Assembly: GCA_963721955.1 (NCBI GenBank)
Contig: CAVRKG010000002.1
Coordinates: forward strand, 13,865 to 77,864
Direction of reading: 5' to 3'
Source: an uncultured Thermoleophilia bacterium
Lineage (GTDB): Bacteria; Actinomycetota; Thermoleophilia; Gaiellales; Gaiellaceae
Length of the DNA: 64,000 bases
Below, in pieces: positions 1 through 9,093 of this stretch (its first letter is position 1; each line of letters begins with the position of its first letter). The notes below the pieces were generated by a model, which was not told the origin of the DNA, ran no database searches, and worked only from the letters and a program-made list of their open reading frames with translations. A program made the position numbers and the translations under genes.

Positions 1-2
1 TC

Positions 3-779
3 CGCGACGACTCGATGACCATCCCGCGCGGGGGCTCCGTGATCGAAGCCGGTGATCGGCTCGTCGTGATCGGTTCCCCCGCGGCGGCCCAGGCCTGGGG
101 TCAGCTCCTCTCGCCCGGCGAAGGCGCCGTCGAGGACGTGGTGGTGTTCGGAGGGGGCCAGGTCGGTGTGGCGATCGCCCGTCAGCTGCTCGAGCAGCGG
201 ATCGGCGTTCGCCTCATCGAGCCGAATCGTGAGCGGGCGCGCCAGATCGCCGAGCATCTTCCGGGGGCGCGCGTCTACCAGGCGACGGGCCTCGATCCCG
301 ACTTCCTCGAACGGGAGCGGATCGGGCAGGCCCAGGCTGCGGTCTTCGCGATGCGCGAGGACTCGAAGAACCACTATGCGGCCACGCTTGCCCGTGTCCA
401 CGGCGTCGGCTTCACCGTCGCAATCGTCCACGACGCGATCGCGCAAGGCGTGTACGAGCACTCCGGGGTGGACGTCACGGTGAACCCCCGCCAGGTGACC
501 GCCGAGGAGATCGTGCGCTTTGCCCACGATCCACGTACGCAACAGGTTGCGATGATCGAGGGTGACCGCTTCGAGGTGCTCGACATCACGACGAGCCCCT
601 CGAGCGAGTACGTCGGGCTGCGCTTCAAGGACATGCCGATCAGAGGCGCCGTCATCGGCGCGATCGTCCGCGACGGCAGAGCGGTGTTTCCTCGCAGCGA
701 CGACGTCCTCGAGGCGGGTGACCGCGTGATCGTCTTCACCGAGTCCTCCCGCGTCGCGGACGTCGAGCGCGTGCTGTGA
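3..779 (+). CDS. trkA: Trk K+ uptake regulatory subunit TrkA (tandem-RCK type), 5' part outside window
   Basis: Frame is open from position 3. It holds the end of one RCK_C (IPRGGSVIEAGDRL), an RCK_N with GGGQVG and a second RCK_C (FPRSDDVLEAGDRV). GTGA overlap with trkH. Confidence 0.9.
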   Translation, partial: RDDSMTIPRGGSVIEAGDRLVVIGSPAAAQAWGQLLSPGEGAVEDVVVFGGGQVGVAIARQLLEQRIGVRLIEPNRERARQIAEHLPGARVYQATGLDPDFLERERIGQAQAAVFAMREDSKNHYAATLARVHGVGFTVAIVHDAIAQGVYEHSGVDVTVNPRQVTAEEIVRFAHDPRTQQVAMIEGDRFEVLDITTSPSSEYVGLRFKDMPIRGAVIGAIVRDGRAVFPRSDDVLEAGDRVIVFTESSRVADVERVL

Positions 780-2311
780 CAGCCGGAGCGGCGACGCGGC
801 ACTCGTACCGGCCGCCGCGCCTTGCGGTCGACCTTCGCGGCGCGCTGGGCCTGATCGGCACGCTGATGAAGTACCTCTCGATCGCGCCCCTCTTCCCGGC
901 GGTGCTCGCGATCGGCTACGGGGAGCCGTTCTGGCCGTTTCTCGCCGCAGCGGCGATCGTGGGCGTGGTCGGGTTCGCGCTCGAGCGCCACGGGCGCGGG
1001 GCAGCGCAGATCGGGTTCCGCGAGGGGTTCTTCGTCGTCGCCGTGACGTGGCTCGCCGCCGCAGCGCTCGGCGCCCTCCCGTACCTCCTCTCGGGGGAGC
1101 CGCAGCTCAACCGGCCGGTGGACGCCCTGTTCGAGGGCATGTCCGGCTTCACCACGACCGGCGCGTCCGTGCTCACGGACATCGGAGCGTTGAATCAATC
1201 GCTCCTCATGTGGCGTCAGTTCACGCAGTGGCTCGGCGGAATGGGGATCATCGTGCTCGCACTCGCCGTTCTGCCTCGGCTGCGGGTCGGGGGACGCCAG
1301 CTGCTCGAGTCCGAGATGCCGGGCCCCGAGATCCACGAGTTCGCCGAGCGGATCCGCTCCACCGCGCAGCGACTCTGGCTCCTCTACGTGCTGCTCACCG
1401 CGGCGCAGGCTCTGATTCTCGCGATCTTCGGCTGGACCGGAATCGACGACGAAATGGATCCGTTCAACGCGGTCGCTCATGCATTCACGACGATGCCGAC
1501 CGGCGGCTTCTCGCCCGAGAACCGATCGATGGAGACATTCACCGCCGCGAGCCAATGGGTGATCGTCGCGTTCATGATCCTGGCCGGGATGAGCTTCGCC
1601 CTCACCTACCGCGTCTTCGTCCGACGCAGGCCGCGGGCGCTGCTCGACGACGAGGAGCTTCGGTACTTCGTCGGCATCCTCGTGACCGTGTCGGCCCTGT
1701 TGGCGGTGGTTCTCTGGCGAGAGGACATCCTGCGGGGCGAGGCAGCGATTCGGGCAGCGGTCTTCCAGGTCGTCTCGATGACCACAACGACGGGGTACGC
1801 AAGCGTCGATTTCATCGGCTGGCCGGCGCTCGCGTTGATGATTCTCGTCGCCGTGATGTTCGTCGGCGGATCAGCCGGCTCGACGGGCGGGTCGATCAAG
1901 GTTGTGCGCCACCTCTTGCTGGCGAAGGTGATTCGACGCGAGTTGCGGCAAACCGTCCATCCTGAGGTCGTCATGCCACTCCGCCTCAACGGGGCAGTCG
2001 TCGACGAGCGCACGATCCGCGCAGTCATCACCTTCGTCCTTCTCTACGTCGGCATCTTCGCCGTGGGTGCCGCGGTGATCGCCCTGGACGCCGCGTTCCA
2101 GGGACCCAGGATCTCGGCACTCGAAGCGATCGCCCTCTCGGCGACGACTCTCGGAAACGTCGGCCCAGGCCTCGGCCCGGCGGGCCCGATGGGGTCGTTC
2201 GCGCAATTCAGCGACGTCGCGAAGGTCGTGATGACGATGCTCATGTGGCTCGGTCGGCTCGAGGTGATCCCTGTCGTCGTGCTCCTGACCCGCGGATACT
2301 GGCGGGTGTAG
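776..2311 (+). CDS. trkH: Trk K+ uptake membrane subunit TrkH, copy 1
   Basis: Four pore-loop motifs FTTTGAS, PTGGFS, TTTGYA and GNVGPG; QWLGGMG; gate loop GSAGSTGGSIK; MWLGRLE. Confidence 0.95.
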   Translation: MTAGAATRHSYRPPRLAVDLRGALGLIGTLMKYLSIAPLFPAVLAIGYGEPFWPFLAAAAIVGVVGFALERHGRGAAQIGFREGFFVVAVTWLAAAALGALPYLLSGEPQLNRPVDALFEGMSGFTTTGASVLTDIGALNQSLLMWRQFTQWLGGMGIIVLALAVLPRLRVGGRQLLESEMPGPEIHEFAERIRSTAQRLWLLYVLLTAAQALILAIFGWTGIDDEMDPFNAVAHAFTTMPTGGFSPENRSMETFTAASQWVIVAFMILAGMSFALTYRVFVRRRPRALLDDEELRYFVGILVTVSALLAVVLWREDILRGEAAIRAAVFQVVSMTTTTGYASVDFIGWPALALMILVAVMFVGGSAGSTGGSIKVVRHLLLAKVIRRELRQTVHPEVVMPLRLNGAVVDERTIRAVITFVLLYVGIFAVGAAVIALDAAFQGPRISALEAIALSATTLGNVGPGLGPAGPMGSFAQFSDVAKVVMTMLMWLGRLEVIPVVVLLTRGYWRV

Positions 2312-2348
2312 CCCAGCCGATGTCGTCCCCCTCCCCAGAGATCGCGCG

Positions 2349-3890
2349 TTGAGTCCGACACCGGGGGACGAACGGCGGAGATCTGCCGGGCGACGGAGGC
2401 TCGGAGTCGACGTGCGCGGCGCACTCGGTCTCGTGGGTGTCCTCTCGCGGTACCTCGCACTGGCGGTGATCGTGCCGATCGCCGTCGCGCTCTACCACGG
2501 CGAGTCCTTCTGGCCGTTCGTGGCGGCAGGCCTCGGACTCGCGGTGTTCGGCTCCGCGCTGCGACTGTGGGGCGGCGATACGTCGCGCGTGGGGGCTCGT
2601 GAGGGCTTTCTCGTCGTCTCGCTGACGTGGCTCGTCGCCGCGGCGTTCGCGGCGACTCCGTACCTTCTCTCGGGCGAGCCCGAACTGTCCCGACCCACCG
2701 ACGCGCTGTTCGAGGGCATGTCCGGGTTCACGACGACCGGAGCAACGATGTTGACGAACATCGAGGCCCTTCCCTACTCGCTCCTGATGTGGCGTCAGTT
2801 GACGCAGTGGCTCGGAGGGATCGGCATCATCGTGCTCGCGCTCGCCGTCCTCCCCCGCCTCCGGATCGGTGGGCGGCAGCTGCTCGAATCGGAGCTCCCC
2901 GGGCCCGAGGTCGACCAGTTGGCGACGCGGATCCGTGAAGCGACACTCCGGTTCTCGGCGCTCTACGTCGCGCTCACCGCACTCGAAGCCACGGTTCTCG
3001 CCGTACTCGGCTGGACCGGGATCGACCCAGCGATGAACTTCTTCAACGCGGTCTCACATGCGCTGACGACCATTCCGACCGGCGGCTTCTCGCCACAGAA
3101 CCGCTCGATCGAGCCGTTCGCCGCGCTCACGCAGTGGGTCATCGTGGTCTTCATGGTCGCGGGCGGCGTCAACTTCGCGCTCCTCTTCCAGGCACTCGTC
3201 CGGCGACGTCCTCGCGTGGCCCTACGTGATGAGGAGCTCCGCGCGTATTTCTTCGCCCTTGCGGCCGGTGCCCTGATCCTCAGCTCGGAGATCTGGACGA
3301 AGCGGCCCGAGATCGGCGAGGAGGCGATCCGGCACGGCGTCTTCCAGGCCGCCTCGATCATCACGACGACCGGCTATGCGACCGTCGACACGTCGCTCTG
3401 GCCGACACTGGCGGTCGTCACGCTCGTCGGCCTCATGTTCATCGGCGCCTCGGCCGGATCGACGAGCGGATCGGTGAAGGTGCTCCGGCACGTCCTGATG
3501 GCGAAGATCCTGGGGCGGGAGTTGCGGCAGACGGTGCATCCGGAGCTCGTCGCGCCGATCAGCCTGAACCGCGTCGTCGTCGACGAGAGGACGCTGCGCG
3601 CAGTCATGAGCTTCGTCCTCCTCTACATCGGGATTTTCGTCCTAGGAGCTCTCGTGATCACGATCGATGCCGCCTACAACGGGCCGGGCGTGACTCCCTT
3701 GGAGGCGATCGGCGCCGCGGCGGCGACGCTCGGGAACGTCGGCCCGGCCGTCGGCTTCGCCGGACCGTTCGGCTCCTACGCCCCGTTCAGCGATGTTTCC
3801 ACGGTGGTTCTCACCGCGCTGATGTGGATCGGGCGGATCGAGGTCATCCCGATCGTGGTCCTCGTGACGCGAAGCTACTGGCGCGTCTAG
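2349..3890 (+). CDS. trkH: Trk K+ uptake membrane subunit TrkH, copy 2 (tandem paralog)
   Basis: FTTTGAT, PTGGFS, TTTGYA, GNVGPA and MWIGRIE. Collinear with copy 1 and has the same C-terminus (YWRV). TTG start is uncertain. Confidence 0.95.
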   Translation: MSPTPGDERRRSAGRRRLGVDVRGALGLVGVLSRYLALAVIVPIAVALYHGESFWPFVAAGLGLAVFGSALRLWGGDTSRVGAREGFLVVSLTWLVAAAFAATPYLLSGEPELSRPTDALFEGMSGFTTTGATMLTNIEALPYSLLMWRQLTQWLGGIGIIVLALAVLPRLRIGGRQLLESELPGPEVDQLATRIREATLRFSALYVALTALEATVLAVLGWTGIDPAMNFFNAVSHALTTIPTGGFSPQNRSIEPFAALTQWVIVVFMVAGGVNFALLFQALVRRRPRVALRDEELRAYFFALAAGALILSSEIWTKRPEIGEEAIRHGVFQAASIITTTGYATVDTSLWPTLAVVTLVGLMFIGASAGSTSGSVKVLRHVLMAKILGRELRQTVHPELVAPISLNRVVVDERTLRAVMSFVLLYIGIFVLGALVITIDAAYNGPGVTPLEAIGAAAATLGNVGPAVGFAGPFGSYAPFSDVSTVVLTALMWIGRIEVIPIVVLVTRSYWRV

Positions 3891-3894
3891 GACC

Positions 3895-4554
3895 TCAGCC
3901 GACGAGCGCCCGACGCAGGTTGTTCTCGAGGCCGGGCTTCAGAATCGCGATCACCTGGTCGCCGGGCCTGATCACCGTCTCGTCACCGGCGATCTCACCG
4001 ACGCCGTGGCGGGTGACCGAGACGAGCCGCGCACCTTCGGGGAGCGCCAAGCCCGCGACGCGCTTGCCGGCCGCCGGGGACTTGCCTGTGATCTGCATCT
4101 CGACGACCTCGAGGCCCTCCTGCTTGAGCTCGAGCAGCCTGACGAGGCCGTGCTCCGGGACCTCGTGCTCGACAAGGGCGAGAATGCCCGACGTCGCCGA
4201 CACCGTGAGCTCGATCCCGAGGAGGTCGAAATGCTGCTGGTTCCGCGGGTCGTTGACGCGAGCGATCGCCTTCGCCACGCCGTAGCCCTCCTTGGCGATC
4301 TGTGCGATCACGAGGTTGTCCTCGTCGTCACCGGTCAGAGCGAGGACGATATCCGGGGGACGATCGATTCCCGCGCGTTCGAGCACGGCGATCTCGGTTG
4401 CGTCTCCGAGCATCGCAACGTGGCCGAACTCGGCTTCGAGGAGTGCGTAGCGGTCGTGCCGTTGCTCGATGATCGTCACCTCGCGCTGCGCGGCGATCAA
4501 CGATCGCGCGACATTCGAACCGACCTTCCCTCCCCCGGCGATGACCATGTACAT
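3895..4554 (-). CDS. trkA: TrkA/KtrA-family RCK protein (RCK_N + RCK_C, ~219 aa)
   Basis: Starts MYMVIAGGGKVG at 4554; TGDDEDN, ARVNDP, and C-terminal VIRPGDQV. TGATG overlap with the upstream gene. Confidence 0.88.
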   Translation of the reverse strand: MYMVIAGGGKVGSNVARSLIAAQREVTIIEQRHDRYALLEAEFGHVAMLGDATEIAVLERAGIDRPPDIVLALTGDDEDNLVIAQIAKEGYGVAKAIARVNDPRNQQHFDLLGIELTVSATSGILALVEHEVPEHGLVRLLELKQEGLEVVEMQITGKSPAAGKRVAGLALPEGARLVSVTRHGVGEIAGDETVIRPGDQVIAILKPGLENNLRRALVG

Positions 4555-4982
4555 CAGCCCGTCACCGCCCGGCTCAGGTCGACGTCGCAGGCGCGTACCG
4601 CATCGGAAAGCGTTGCTATCGCGGTCTGCGTCGGGCAGACGGTCCGCAGACCGAGCTTCTCGTAGAAGTCGGCCCGCGCCGGGTCGAGGACTCTCACGAC
4701 GACGCAGTCGATCCCGTACCGCCGCTGGAGGATCTGACCGATCACGACGTTCGAGTTGTCGCCATCCGTGGCGACAACGGCCGCCTGGGCGTCGGGGACA
4801 CCCGCCGCTTCGAGGATGTCCTTGTCCATCCCGTGCCCGACGACGAAACCGCCCCTCCAACTGCCGAGACGCTCGAGCGCGCGTTCGTCTTCGTCGACGC
4901 AGGTCACGTCCCAGCCCTCGCCTGCCAGTTGCTTCGCAACGGCCGAGCCCACGCGTCCGCACCCGATGACGACGAGCTTCAC
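4554..4982 (-). CDS. TrkA-N-only RCK protein (~142 aa)
   Basis: GTG start VKLVVIGCGRVG; TDGDNSN; VRVLDP; ends without an RCK_C domain. TAGGCT lies 7 nt upstream. Confidence 0.85.
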   Translation of the reverse strand: MKLVVIGCGRVGSAVAKQLAGEGWDVTCVDEDERALERLGSWRGGFVVGHGMDKDILEAAGVPDAQAAVVATDGDNSNVVIGQILQRRYGIDCVVVRVLDPARADFYEKLGLRTVCPTQTAIATLSDAVRACDVDLSRAVTG

Positions 4983-5007
4983 GATGCCAAGCCTAGATGA
5001 TGGACCA

Positions 5008-6889
5008 CTATTCGAAGGTTCCTTCCGGGAAAGCGACCACGAGCACCTCGCACGGCGCGTGGCGGAGCACATGATCGACCGTGGGCGAGAAGAATCGCGA
5101 CTGCCGGCGCCAACGCGGCGACGACCCCATCACGATCAGGTCGACCGGCCGCTCCCGTGCCTCGTCGATGATCGCGTGACCGATCGAGCGCGCGACGAGC
5201 GTGCGCGTCGCAACCTCGACGCCGTTCTCCTCCCCGAGGGCACGCGCTTCCTCCAGAGACCGCTCTGCGTGAATCGCGGACCGCCTCGGGCAGCGAGCCT
5301 TCGAGCGGGAACCGTCGTGGCACACGGACGACGAACACGGCCTCGATGCTCGCCTCGCGCTCTTTCGCCAACGCAACGGCGGTCGCGACCATCTCCTCGC
5401 CGATGTCGCCGAGCTTCATCGGGACGAGGATCCGCCTGAAGGCCGCGCCTGGCGGCAGTGACGAGACAGGCTCGATGCCCGCGAACACTCCTGTCTCGCG
5501 CCGACGTCTGACGAGTACGTAGACGCAGAGTCCTACGACGAGCCACGCCGGCCCCGCGTACCTGGCGCCTGGATGGGTGACGAGCGCGAGGACCCACACG
5601 CCGAACGTGAGCGGAGCTCCGACCAGCGCGGGCAGCGGCAGCGGTACCCCACGGATCCGTACCTGCGGCCCCGCGCGGAACGGGCGTTCGAGCTCCGGCT
5701 CCGTGAACCTGAGGCGGATCACGGCCAGCTGAGCGGCCGTGAAGGCGAACAACACGCCGAACGAGTACGCGCTGGCGAGAAATGCCGGATCGTCCCGACC
5801 GACGATGCCGGTGGTGAGAACGATCGCCGCTGCGATGCCTCCCGTTGCGAGAAGCGCCTCCCGCGAGATCAGCGAGCGCCGCTCCAACCGACCGAGCTCG
5901 CGAGGAAGCATGCCGTGCTCGGACATCGAACGCGCCAGGCGTGTGCACCCCGTGATCGCCGTGGTCGCTGCAGCGAAGAGGATGAGTGCGCCGGACAGCC
6001 CGACGACGACACGCAGCACGTCGACGAGCGCCATCGGCAGGTGACCCTCGAACGCGGAGACGATCCCGACGATGGGTGCCTTCAGCCACTCGTCGGCAAG
6101 TCCCGTCGAACCGTCCTCCGACGGGAATGCGGATATCCCGACAACGGCGATGAGCACGGTGACGACGACGACGAGCCCGATCGAGGTGAACAGCGAGCGC
6201 GGAAGCACCCGGCCCGGCTCGCGCGTCTCCTCGGCGAGGTTGGCAACGGTTTCGAGGCCCGTATACGCGAGCATCGCCAAGGGAAGGGCGAAGAAGAGAT
6301 CGCGCCAGCCCTGGTCGGTTGCGAAATTGAATCCGTCCACCAACACGCCCGGTGAGAACAGGAGCGCGAACCCGAGGACGACGACGAGCAGCTGAACCGC
6401 AATATCCAACAGCGCGAGCACGAGTGCCGCGGTGTGGATCTTGGTGTGACGGATCACACGGACGCCGACGATCGCTGCGATCGCAACAACCGCGATGGTC
6501 TCGTCCCATGGACTCTCGCTCAGCGCGGGGACAGCGAACGCGGCGGCGAGGTAATGCGGGAGGAACAGGGTCGAGAGAGCGATCACGATCAGGAAGTCGA
6601 GGAAGAGGACCCATCCGGTGGCGAAGCCGACGAGGTCGTTGAAGGCGCGGCGCGTGAAGGTCGCCGCTCCGCCGGTTTCCGGGATCGCCGCGGTCCCTTC
6701 GGCATACGACAGCGAGACGATCAGGAAGAGAAGCCCCGTCAAGAGAAGCACGACGGGAGTCAGGCCGAGCGCCTGTGCAGCCACGATTCCGAGGGCGAAG
6801 TAGATCGACGAGCCGATCTCGTCGTAGGCGACCGCGAACAGCGAGGGAGCATCGAGGACTCGCTCGAACCCGCGGACCTTACGTGCCAC
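5008..6889 (-). CDS. APC-family permease with C-terminal universal stress protein domain, copy 2 (+1 frameshift near 5277)
   Basis: GGAATF, AYTGLETVANLAEE and about 12 TM segments. The USP domain begins RRILVPM and continues in the 5008-5376 frame (DLIVMGS, VDHVLRHAPCEV). Confidence 0.88.
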
Positions 6890-7055
6890 GCTTGCGCTCC
6901 AACTGGATGCGACCGGTGCCGAGTGCGATGAACAACCCACCGAGGACGTATCCCACGAGACCGCCTCCGTTGACGGCGGTGACGACGAGAAGAGCCAAAC
7001 CAATCAGGATGAAACACCCCGAGAACACGTAGATGGCACGGCGATACCAGATCAT
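6879..7055 (-). CDS. 58-aa two-TM membrane protein
   Basis: MIWYRRAIYVFSGCFILIG...; two hydrophobic helices and a basic tail. Overlaps both flanking APC genes (ATGA at 7052-7055). Confidence 0.7.
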   Translation of the reverse strand: MIWYRRAIYVFSGCFILIGLALLVVTAVNGGGLVGYVLGGLFIALGTGRIQLERKRGT

Positions 7056-8956
7056 CTCTGCCCCTCGTCGCGCGACGCCGCGACCATGACGCGGCACGGC
7101 GCGTGCTTGAGGACGTGGTCGACGGTGCGCCCGAAGACGGCGCGACTGCCTGCGGTCAGTGTCTTGCGCGGTGACCCGATCACGATGATCTCGGTGCCGC
7201 GCTGTCGCGCTTCCTCCACGATCGCGGCGCCGGCGCTGCGGGCTCGCACGAGGCGATCGAGCACCCTGACCCCGTACGAGTCACCGACAGCGATCGCTTC
7301 GTCGAGCTCGTAGTTGGCGGCCCGCTCGAGCTCGGGCAGATCCTCGTCCAGTGGCCGGCCCAGCGGTACCTCGAGCACACTGAGCGCGACGATCTTTGCC
7401 CCACGCTCGGCCGCGAGGCTACACGCGACGTCCAGCGCGTCGTCCGACGGCTGACCCACCACGACGGGAACGAGCAGGCGACGGTATTCGAGTGCGAGAG
7501 CGGGGCCGAACGCCGGCGGCGCGCGGACCGTGGCCACGAGCGACTCCTTCGCGAAGCTTCGCCGATAGACGACGTAGAGAGCGAGTCCGGAGACGATCCA
7601 GGCGAACCCGACGTAGCGAGTGACGGCGTTCTGGCTGACGATGACGAGAAACGACGCCCCTGTCGCCAGACCGCCGACGATGGCGAAGACGGGCCAGTCG
7701 ACCCCCCGGAACGTCGCGTTCGGTCGCGCGCGGTAGAACGCATCGGGAGAACCCTTCTGCTTCATGCGCAACCGGACGAGCGAGACATGCGCCACCGTGA
7801 ACGACAGCGTCGCCCCGAACGAATACAGCGTGCCGACGAACCGCACGTCGCCCGGCAGGATGACGAGGATCGGCGCGATCCCCGCGAAGATCACGAGCGA
7901 CAGCACCGGGGTCTTGAGTACCGGATGCAATCTGCGGAACACCTCCGGGATCTGCCGATAGCTCGCCATCGCGTACGTCACACGCGACGCACCGATCACG
8001 CCCGCGTTCGTCGCGATCACGAGGATCGTGGCCGCGAGGATGCCGACGTAGATCTCCAGCACGCGCAGGATTCCCCCGGAGACCTCGAGGTTCCTGACGA
8101 GTCCGAGAATGGGATCGTTGGCATAGCCCCCGTCCTCCGGCGGCAGCGCCAGAAGTGTCGTGAGTTGGCCGTCGACCCGCTTCACGGGCAGGGCCGAGAG
8201 GGCGACGAGCGGCAGCGTCAGGTAGATCGCGAAGACGGCGCCCGCGACGAGCTTGTAGGCGTCCGGAACGCTCCGAGCCGGCTCGCGCGCCTCCTCCGCG
8301 AGGTTGGAGACGGTTTCGACTCCTGTGTACGCGAGCATCGCCACGGGCACCGCGAGCGCGAGATTCGACCAGCTCGGTGCGACGCCCCAGTAGATGTTGT
8401 CGACGAGGATCGAGGGACTGAAGACGAGGAAGAGCCCGAGCAGGACGAGCAGCACCTGCGTCGCGAAGTCGAGCACCGCGAGCACGACGGAGAGCCTCGC
8501 CGCTTCCTGAACCCCGACCACGTTGAGCGTGACGAGGACGACGATCACGACGGCACCACCGACGATGTCCCACGGGTTCGTCTTCAGCGGCTCCCAGAAG
8601 ATCGACAGGTAGTGCGGGACGAAGAACGCCGACGTCGCGACGGTCACGACATAGACCAACATCTGCGACCACGCGGCGCCAAAGCTCACGATTTCGTTGA
8701 ACGCATGTCTCGCAAAGCTCGAGGAACCGCCCGCCTCGGGGTAGAGGACGGTTCCCTCGGCGTACGTGGCGGCCGTCATCGCGAAGACGATCCCGGCCAC
8801 GAGGAAGACGAGGGGCGTCAGCCCGAGCGCATAGACCGCGGTGAGACCCAGCGCGTAGTAGATCGACGAACCGACGTTGCCGTATGCGGTGGCGAAGAGA
8901 GCGGGAGTGCCGAGTACCCGCTCGAGCTGAACCTCGCGTCTACGGCGACTGGGCAC
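7052..8956 (-). CDS. APC-family permease with C-terminal USP domain, copy 1
   Basis: AGGSSSF, AYTGVETVSNLAEE, multi-TM. USP domain RRLLVPV...IIVIGS...VDHVLKHAPCRV. Confidence 0.92.
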   Translation of the reverse strand: MPSRRRREVQLERVLGTPALFATAYGNVGSSIYYALGLTAVYALGLTPLVFLVAGIVFAMTAATYAEGTVLYPEAGGSSSFARHAFNEIVSFGAAWSQMLVYVVTVATSAFFVPHYLSIFWEPLKTNPWDIVGGAVVIVVLVTLNVVGVQEAARLSVVLAVLDFATQVLLVLLGLFLVFSPSILVDNIYWGVAPSWSNLALAVPVAMLAYTGVETVSNLAEEAREPARSVPDAYKLVAGAVFAIYLTLPLVALSALPVKRVDGQLTTLLALPPEDGGYANDPILGLVRNLEVSGGILRVLEIYVGILAATILVIATNAGVIGASRVTYAMASYRQIPEVFRRLHPVLKTPVLSLVIFAGIAPILVILPGDVRFVGTLYSFGATLSFTVAHVSLVRLRMKQKGSPDAFYRARPNATFRGVDWPVFAIVGGLATGASFLVIVSQNAVTRYVGFAWIVSGLALYVVYRRSFAKESLVATVRAPPAFGPALALEYRRLLVPVVVGQPSDDALDVACSLAAERGAKIVALSVLEVPLGRPLDEDLPELERAANYELDEAIAVGDSYGVRVLDRLVRARSAGAAIVEEARQRGTEIIVIGSPRKTLTAGSRAVFGRTVDHVLKHAPCRVMVAASRDEGQR

Positions 8957-9035
8957 CGGCGAAGTCTAGGGTCTGACCCGGGCGTGACCGATCTTGCGGC
9001 CGGGACGCGGCGGGAGCGTGTCCGAGGCGGCGCTC

Positions 9036-9093
9036 GGGGCCGGCTCGCGCCGGCCCCTCACGTGCGCCCGATGCCGTCGAGCCGAAGCTCGAC
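9036..9093 (-). terminator. Two GC-rich hairpins downstream of hppA (UUCG and GCGA tetraloops)
   Basis: Minus strand: GTCGAGC-TTCG-GCTCGAC (9076-9093) and GGGGCCGGC-GCGA-GCCGGCCCC (9036-9057). No U-tract. Confidence 0.5.

Noticed and set aside
5008-5376. Separate small USP gene or programmed frameshift producing a USP-less transporter
   Set aside because: It is the C-terminus of the APC-USP gene. The paralog is uninterrupted, there is no slippery sequence, and the break matches the window-wide +1 artefact pattern.
8957-9093. c-di-AMP (ydaO) or other cation riboswitch before the APC-USP operon
   Set aside because: I recognised no consensus, and TAGACT 6 nt before the GTG implies a leaderless transcript.
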